In this document: piece after piece, positions 58,927-64,000 of the stretch
How positions within the stretch are numbered: position 1 is the stretch's first letter
Layout: each line of letters begins with the position of its first letter
Source: Desulfobacterales bacterium
Lineage (GTDB): Bacteria > Desulfobacterota > Desulfobacteria > Desulfobacterales > UBA5852
NCBI GenBank assembly: GCA_963674755.2
Contig: CAXXVS010000002.1
Coordinates: 1,376,001 to 1,440,000, forward strand
Length of the DNA: 64,000 bases
Direction of reading: 5' to 3'
Notes under the pieces: model-generated
Databases searched by the model: none
Told to the model about the DNA's origin: nothing
The model's input: the letters and a program-made list of their open reading frames with translations, nothing else
Position numbers and translations under genes: made by a program

Positions 58927-60429
58927 GTGCCCATTTCGGACCCTGCGATAAAAGCCCCGGACAAAGACCGCTCAGCACTCTTTTCCAAGCCAAGCGTCCT
59001 CGTCATCGATGATGAAAAACGCATTCGCGATGTATGCCTGAAGATGCTCAGCGGCGAAGGTCATGAGGTTGCCGAAGCGGAAACTGCCGAAGTCGGCTTA
59101 CAGATGATCAAAAACAGACACTTTGACATCATCCTGCTGGATTTGATGATGCCGGGCATTTCGGGAATCGATGCGCTGGTGCAGATTCGCGCCGCGCATC
59201 CCGATACGGTGGTGATTGTCATTACCGGGTATGCCACATTAGAGCACTCGATCGAGGCCATGAAAAAAGGGGCCTTCGATTTTCTACCGAAACCATTTTC
59301 ACCCGGTGATCTGCTCATCGTGATCAACCGGGCCGTCGAGCATATTCGAACGCTTGAGGATATTGCCACCGAAAAGTCCCGCATGCGGGTGATGATCAAT
59401 CAGTTGGCCGACGGGGTGATGACCACTGACAATCAGAAACGGATTGCCCAGGCCAATCCTGCCTTCCTAAAAATGACCGGATATCACGGGCCGCGCCCGG
59501 TCGGTCGGCCAGCTGACGAGATTGTGGGCATCAAATCTCTCAACGAAATGATCGACAAGGTTCTGGACGCTCCGGAAGATGAATTCGTCGAGGTCTCAGA
59601 AGAAGTGTGGTTGGAACCGTGCGCCAAAAACGACGAAATCATCATTGGCGCCCACTGCGTGCCGTTCCGGGATCGCCTTGGACGGAACCTGGGAACCATT
59701 ACCGTCCTGCATGACATCACAGCCTTGAAACATAAGGACCAGCTGAAATCCGATTTTATCGCCATGGTTTCCCACGAAATCCGCAGTCCTATGAATTCGG
59801 TCCTGATGCAGTTGAAAGTGATTCTGGGCGGTCTGGCCGGTGAAACGACCCCTAAGCAAAAAGACATCCTGGGAAGAGCTTCGGAAAAGATTGCCGCTCT
59901 AATTAAACTTGCGTCGGAATTGCTGGATCTGGCCAAAATTGAATCCGGGCTGATTACCCGAGAACGCGAAGAAATCCGGATTGCCCAATTGCTTGAGGAT
60001 CAGGCGGCCTTCCACCAGGCTGCGGCCCAGGCTAAATCAATCCAATTATCCATAGAGGATCTGCCGCCATTGCCGACCGTGATGGCCAACCGGCTCAACC
60101 TGGAAGAGGTTTTTTCAAACCTTATCGGCAATGCCATCAGCTACACCCCCGAAAACGGCAAAATTACGATCGATGCCAGCGTGGAGGGCGATTATGTGTG
60201 TGTCCGGGTAACGGACACGGGCATTGGTATTGCCGAGGAAGATCTCGATCGCATTTTTGACCGTTTTTTCAGGATCAAAAATGACAAGACCCGGTTTGTC
60301 ATCGGCACCGGGCTGGGGTTATCCATTGTCAAAAGTATTGTGGACGCCCACCAGGGCTTGCTTCGTGTTGAAAGCAAACCGGACCACGGGACAACGTTTT
60401 CTGTGCTTTTTCCGTCTATTTCTTCTTAA
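58927..60429 (+). CDS. Hybrid kinase REC-PAS-HisKA-HATPase
   Basis: IDDE/LLDLMMP/PKP; VSHEIRSP; DTGIG, GTGLGL; GTG start after GAGGAG. Confidence 0.9.
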   Translation: MPISDPAIKAPDKDRSALFSKPSVLVIDDEKRIRDVCLKMLSGEGHEVAEAETAEVGLQMIKNRHFDIILLDLMMPGISGIDALVQIRAAHPDTVVIVITGYATLEHSIEAMKKGAFDFLPKPFSPGDLLIVINRAVEHIRTLEDIATEKSRMRVMINQLADGVMTTDNQKRIAQANPAFLKMTGYHGPRPVGRPADEIVGIKSLNEMIDKVLDAPEDEFVEVSEEVWLEPCAKNDEIIIGAHCVPFRDRLGRNLGTITVLHDITALKHKDQLKSDFIAMVSHEIRSPMNSVLMQLKVILGGLAGETTPKQKDILGRASEKIAALIKLASELLDLAKIESGLITREREEIRIAQLLEDQAAFHQAAAQAKSIQLSIEDLPPLPTVMANRLNLEEVFSNLIGNAISYTPENGKITIDASVEGDYVCVRVTDTGIGIAEEDLDRIFDRFFRIKNDKTRFVIGTGLGLSIVKSIVDAHQGLLRVESKPDHGTTFSVLFPSISS

Positions 60430-60950
60430 TGGTTCTTGCTTACAAGCAGCCTCGCAATGCCTTCAGATGCCAGTTTGGCCTTTGCAAGTTCAGCTAAGGA
60501 TCCGCCTTTCCCCAGTCAGTAGGGACAATCGTCTCAAAGGCGGTTTGCAACTGGTCTTTGTCTGTTCCCTTGCGGTATTCCTGAGATGTCATGGCGTAAG
60601 CCGTCGAATATTTGCGCCCGGATAGCGCCTTTGTGAATTCCAAAGCAACTTTTCGATAATCCGCATTTTCTGTTGATGGCCTCATTTTAACAAAAAATAT
60701 TATTTTGATACACTTTTTACAAATTTTATTACTTTTCGGTAAATTGTAAAAAACATCACCCCGGCACAATGTCGATTTATAGCGACTATGGCTGATGATC
60801 CATGCCCATGCCGAACGGGATGTATTCATTGACAGGATGCATATGGTGTATAATTGATCCTTACTGGCGTTTTATCCTCCCACTTCAGAAAATGAGAGCC
60901 ATCGCGAGCCAAGGGCTTTGTTTTTATTTTGCAAACGCTAAGGAGAAACC

Positions 60951-61934
60951 ATGAAGGCATTTGTCTGCGCCGAATTCGGCCCCGTCGATCAGTGCCGCGT
61001 TCAGGAGATCGACATCGCGGCACCGGGTAAAGATCAAGTTCTGATCGAGGTCCAAAGCGCCTCTTTGAACTTCCCGGATGCACTCATGATCGAAGGCCGC
61101 TATCAGTTAAAGCCCGACCTCCCTTTCGTGCCGGGCGTGGATCTGGCCGGTATCGTTCGTGAGGTGGGGACGAATGTCGACCATGTGGCAGCCGGTGACC
61201 GGGTTATGGCTTTTGCGGAAACAGGCGCCTTTGCCGAAATGTGCCTGGCCCACAAGACGAAAGTATTTCCCGTGCCCGAGGGCATGACGTTTGATGCGGC
61301 CGCCGCCTCCGGCATCACCTACCCCACCGCGATCCACGCGCTTCAGGATTGCGGACGCTTGCGGCCCGACGAAACCGTGCTGGTACTGGGGGCGGCCGGA
61401 GGGGTTGGCATCGCGGCCATTGAAGTGGCCAAAGCAATGAACGCCCATGTCATCGCCGCCGCTTCCACGGATGAGAAGCTCGCCCTTTGCCGCACGGTGG
61501 GCGCCGATATGACCATCAACTACAGCGAAGAAAATCTGCGCGCCCGCTGCCTGGCGCTGACCGAAGGCCGGGGGGTGGACGTGGTCTTTGACCCGGTCGG
61601 GGGTGACTATACGCTGGAGGCCTTCCGTGCCACCGCCTGGGGCGGGCGTCTGCTGGTCATCGGTTTTGCCGCTGGTGACATCCCGAAACTTCCGCTCAAT
61701 TACGCCTTGCTGAGCGAACGCGCCATTATCGGTGTCTTCTGGGGCGCCTGGACGGCCCGCAGCAGAGAAGGACAGCACCGCAATATGGAAACGTTGGCCC
61801 GCTGGTTCGCCGAGGGTAAAATCAACCCGGTCATCGATTCGACGGTTGCCCTCGCCCAGATCCCTGACGCCATCAAACGGCTGATGGCCCGCGAAGTCAA
61901 AGGTAAGGTGGTGGTAAAGTTGCAGGAAAAATAG
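60951..61934 (+). CDS. NADPH:quinone oxidoreductase (MDR family)
   Basis: LNFPD..GRYQ..PFVPG, GAAGGVG, DPVGG, IGFAAG. Confidence 0.92.
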   Translation: MKAFVCAEFGPVDQCRVQEIDIAAPGKDQVLIEVQSASLNFPDALMIEGRYQLKPDLPFVPGVDLAGIVREVGTNVDHVAAGDRVMAFAETGAFAEMCLAHKTKVFPVPEGMTFDAAAASGITYPTAIHALQDCGRLRPDETVLVLGAAGGVGIAAIEVAKAMNAHVIAAASTDEKLALCRTVGADMTINYSEENLRARCLALTEGRGVDVVFDPVGGDYTLEAFRATAWGGRLLVIGFAAGDIPKLPLNYALLSERAIIGVFWGAWTARSREGQHRNMETLARWFAEGKINPVIDSTVALAQIPDAIKRLMAREVKGKVVVKLQEK

Positions 61935-62418
61935 AAGAGACCCTCCCCTTGCCTCGCCATGCCTGATGTAAAATCCGGGCCGCCACAACCGCAATTTGAT
62001 TGCAAATTTTTTCCCTGTGGGTATATATTTTCATATATTTTGGTTAACACGGTTTACAGATTTGGCCCCAAACTACAGTATGCCGCGCTTTTTCCAATGA
62101 TTTTTTCGATATCTTGTGTCCGGTACACTTATTGCTGTCTGCAAATCAGTACGTTCCTTCGTGAAGCCCAACCGTTTACTGGTGATGTCAAGAATCATTG
62201 CCCATACCAACCCGGAGGGACGGTCGCGAATGGGCGCTCGTCTTGGCCATCAACGGGGCACCTTGCGCCGGCCGGGAGCATAGTGGGGCAATGGGATGTC
62301 ATCGATACGGTCCTGACTGTATTGACGATCATCGCTGCCGATCTAAAATTCTCTGAAACTACGCCATTCGACAACGATGCCCTGATTCGTCGCGCAACGG
62401 ATACCAGGGAATGCAATT

Positions 62419-63828
62419 ATGGAAGCTATCAGCGTGATCTCAACCTGTGAATATTCATTAAAAAGCCACACCTCCTCCCGGATCCGCATGACGACGATGA
62501 TCGCCGTTGCCGCCTTGGTTGTCATTAGCCGGCCGGCACCCGCCAAAGCTTTTGATTCGGGCCGATTGCTGCCCGCAAAACATGCGTTCGAAAACCAGGT
62601 CGCACTTCATTGGGGGCGTAACCGGGCATGGCGCCTCGCTTCCCACCTGCCGGGCCGGTTAGGCACCATTTCCGCGGCCGCCGTGGATGCCCATCGGGAA
62701 ACCGTCGGGGGGTTCGCCAGCTTCGGAAACAGCGCCCGCTGCGATATCATACTGGCCGATCTCTGCCGGGAATGGCGGCATCTGGTTCCCGGGGCACCAA
62801 AAGCCCCCGATCAAAAGAAATCGCGCCGGGAAAAAGTGGCAACCCTTGCCCTACGCGAAAAGTTCCGTGTCTACCTTGTGCGGCGGGGGGATTCCTTGTG
62901 GGACATCGCACGGCAGTTCGACATGGACTACCGGACGTTGGCAACCATCAACGGACTCAAGACCGGTGCTGTTCTTCAGGTGGGCCGTCCCCTCAAAGTG
63001 GCCGTCTCGTCGTCGCGCGAGCTGACGCTGGACCTGACCTCGGGCACCCTGGCCAACCATCCGTCCCTCCTGGACCAAATCCGTTTGATCGACGGGCGCC
63101 CGGTCCCTCACTGGATGGTGACGGATTATGTGGCCGACATCATCGACAAGCGCTCTCCGGAAGCAGAAAACCGGGATTGGCTAGCCGGCATGGAACCCCT
63201 CACCATTGTGATCCATTTCCAACTGGTGAAAAACCTTCTGGAAGGGCGGGCGCGCTTATACCAGCCGCTGATCGTGACCCATGCCAAAAAATACGACCTT
63301 GACCCGGCCCTGGTCATGGCCATGATCCATACCGAATCCGCCTTCAACCCGCATGCCCGTTCAAACGCCTCGGCCTATGGGCTCATGCAACTCGTTCCCC
63401 AAACCGCGGCCAAGGAAGCCTACTACCGGATTTACGGGCAGCGGCGCATGCCGACCCCTGAATATCTTTTCGATCCCGACAACAACATCGAATTGGGGAC
63501 CGCCTATCTCCATATCCTCAGCAGCCGGTACCTGGGATCGATCGCCGACCCCCTGAGCCGCATCTATTGCACCGTGGCGGCCTACCATGCGGGTCCTTCG
63601 AGCGTGGGTCGGGCGTTTACCGCGCAGCCGTCGATCAAACAGGCCGCCCTCATCATCAACAGCTTAACGCCTGCCGATGTCTATAAGCGCCTCGTGGAGG
63701 CCCTGCCTTCCGTTGAAAGCCGAAACTACCTGCGGGATGTGATCAGACGTTTCCACCGCTACAGCGTCCGGTATTTGAAAAGCAACGATGTCCAGGCATC
63801 GAACAATTTGGACTTGGCGAGTATCTGA
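62419..63828 (+). CDS. LysM + SLT lytic transglycosylase (MltC-like)
   Basis: YLVRRGDSLWDIA LysM; IHTESAFNP, GLMQL, NIELGTAYL, AYHAG; start codon uncertain. Confidence 0.8.
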   Translation: MEAISVISTCEYSLKSHTSSRIRMTTMIAVAALVVISRPAPAKAFDSGRLLPAKHAFENQVALHWGRNRAWRLASHLPGRLGTISAAAVDAHRETVGGFASFGNSARCDIILADLCREWRHLVPGAPKAPDQKKSRREKVATLALREKFRVYLVRRGDSLWDIARQFDMDYRTLATINGLKTGAVLQVGRPLKVAVSSSRELTLDLTSGTLANHPSLLDQIRLIDGRPVPHWMVTDYVADIIDKRSPEAENRDWLAGMEPLTIVIHFQLVKNLLEGRARLYQPLIVTHAKKYDLDPALVMAMIHTESAFNPHARSNASAYGLMQLVPQTAAKEAYYRIYGQRRMPTPEYLFDPDNNIELGTAYLHILSSRYLGSIADPLSRIYCTVAAYHAGPSSVGRAFTAQPSIKQAALIINSLTPADVYKRLVEALPSVESRNYLRDVIRRFHRYSVRYLKSNDVQASNNLDLASI

Positions 63829-64000
63829 CATCGATGGCGTGCTGCCGAAAAAAGTCCGTCGATTGCGGGGGCGGTTTATCGCAGCACCCCGAACGTCTCG
63901 CTTTGGAAACACCTAAGCCGATAAGGGCCGGCATGAAAATGAGGAGTGAATCTCCTTTCTTAGAGCGTACCGCATCAGACAGCCCCGGAAGGGGGCTTGG

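Noticed and set aside
60494..60685. Short minus-strand ORF (MRPSTENADYRKVALEFTKAL...) that looks like a truncated protein
   Set aside because: Plausible gene remnant, but the family cannot be supported without a search
1..64000. CRISPR arrays, tRNA/rRNA genes, transposases, phage genes
   Set aside because: No regularly spaced direct repeats or diagnostic motifs seen

Overview
GC-rich bacterial DNA whose gene content resembles a sulfate-reducing Desulfobacterota (Desulfosarcina/Desulfobacteraceae-like; inferred, not confirmed). It is dominated by two sigma-54-preceded heterodisulfide reductase (Hdr)-type electron-transfer loci, each flanked by PAS sensor kinases and a PAS-type enhancer-binding protein. 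Locus 1 (~4.3-22.9 kb) runs: Asp-less receiver, HdrL (HdrA plus GltD-like module), MvhD, FdhB/FrhB-like FeS protein, a double-domain HdrA with an intact two-component receiver (REC) domain inserted inside it, HdrC, HdrB, a DsrK/HdrD-like selenoprotein and a c-heme sensor kinase. Locus 2 (~46.5-60.4 kb) runs: TusA-like protein lacking the CPxP motif, a second DsrK/HdrD-like selenoprotein, a degenerate MetF paralog, HdrA, MvhD, MetV, MetF, REC, two ACT-like proteins and two kinases. The ORF track splits both selenoprotein genes at an in-frame TGA, and their putative SECIS hairpins show compensatory changes. The best candidate for a new system is direct phosphorylation control of a flavin-based electron-bifurcating Hdr complex through the HdrA-embedded receiver. 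The rest is housekeeping and accessory genes, two homopolymer frameshifts and several small structured repeats. No rRNA, tRNA, CRISPR array or transposase was recognised. All functional calls come from motifs read by eye; no database searches were run.
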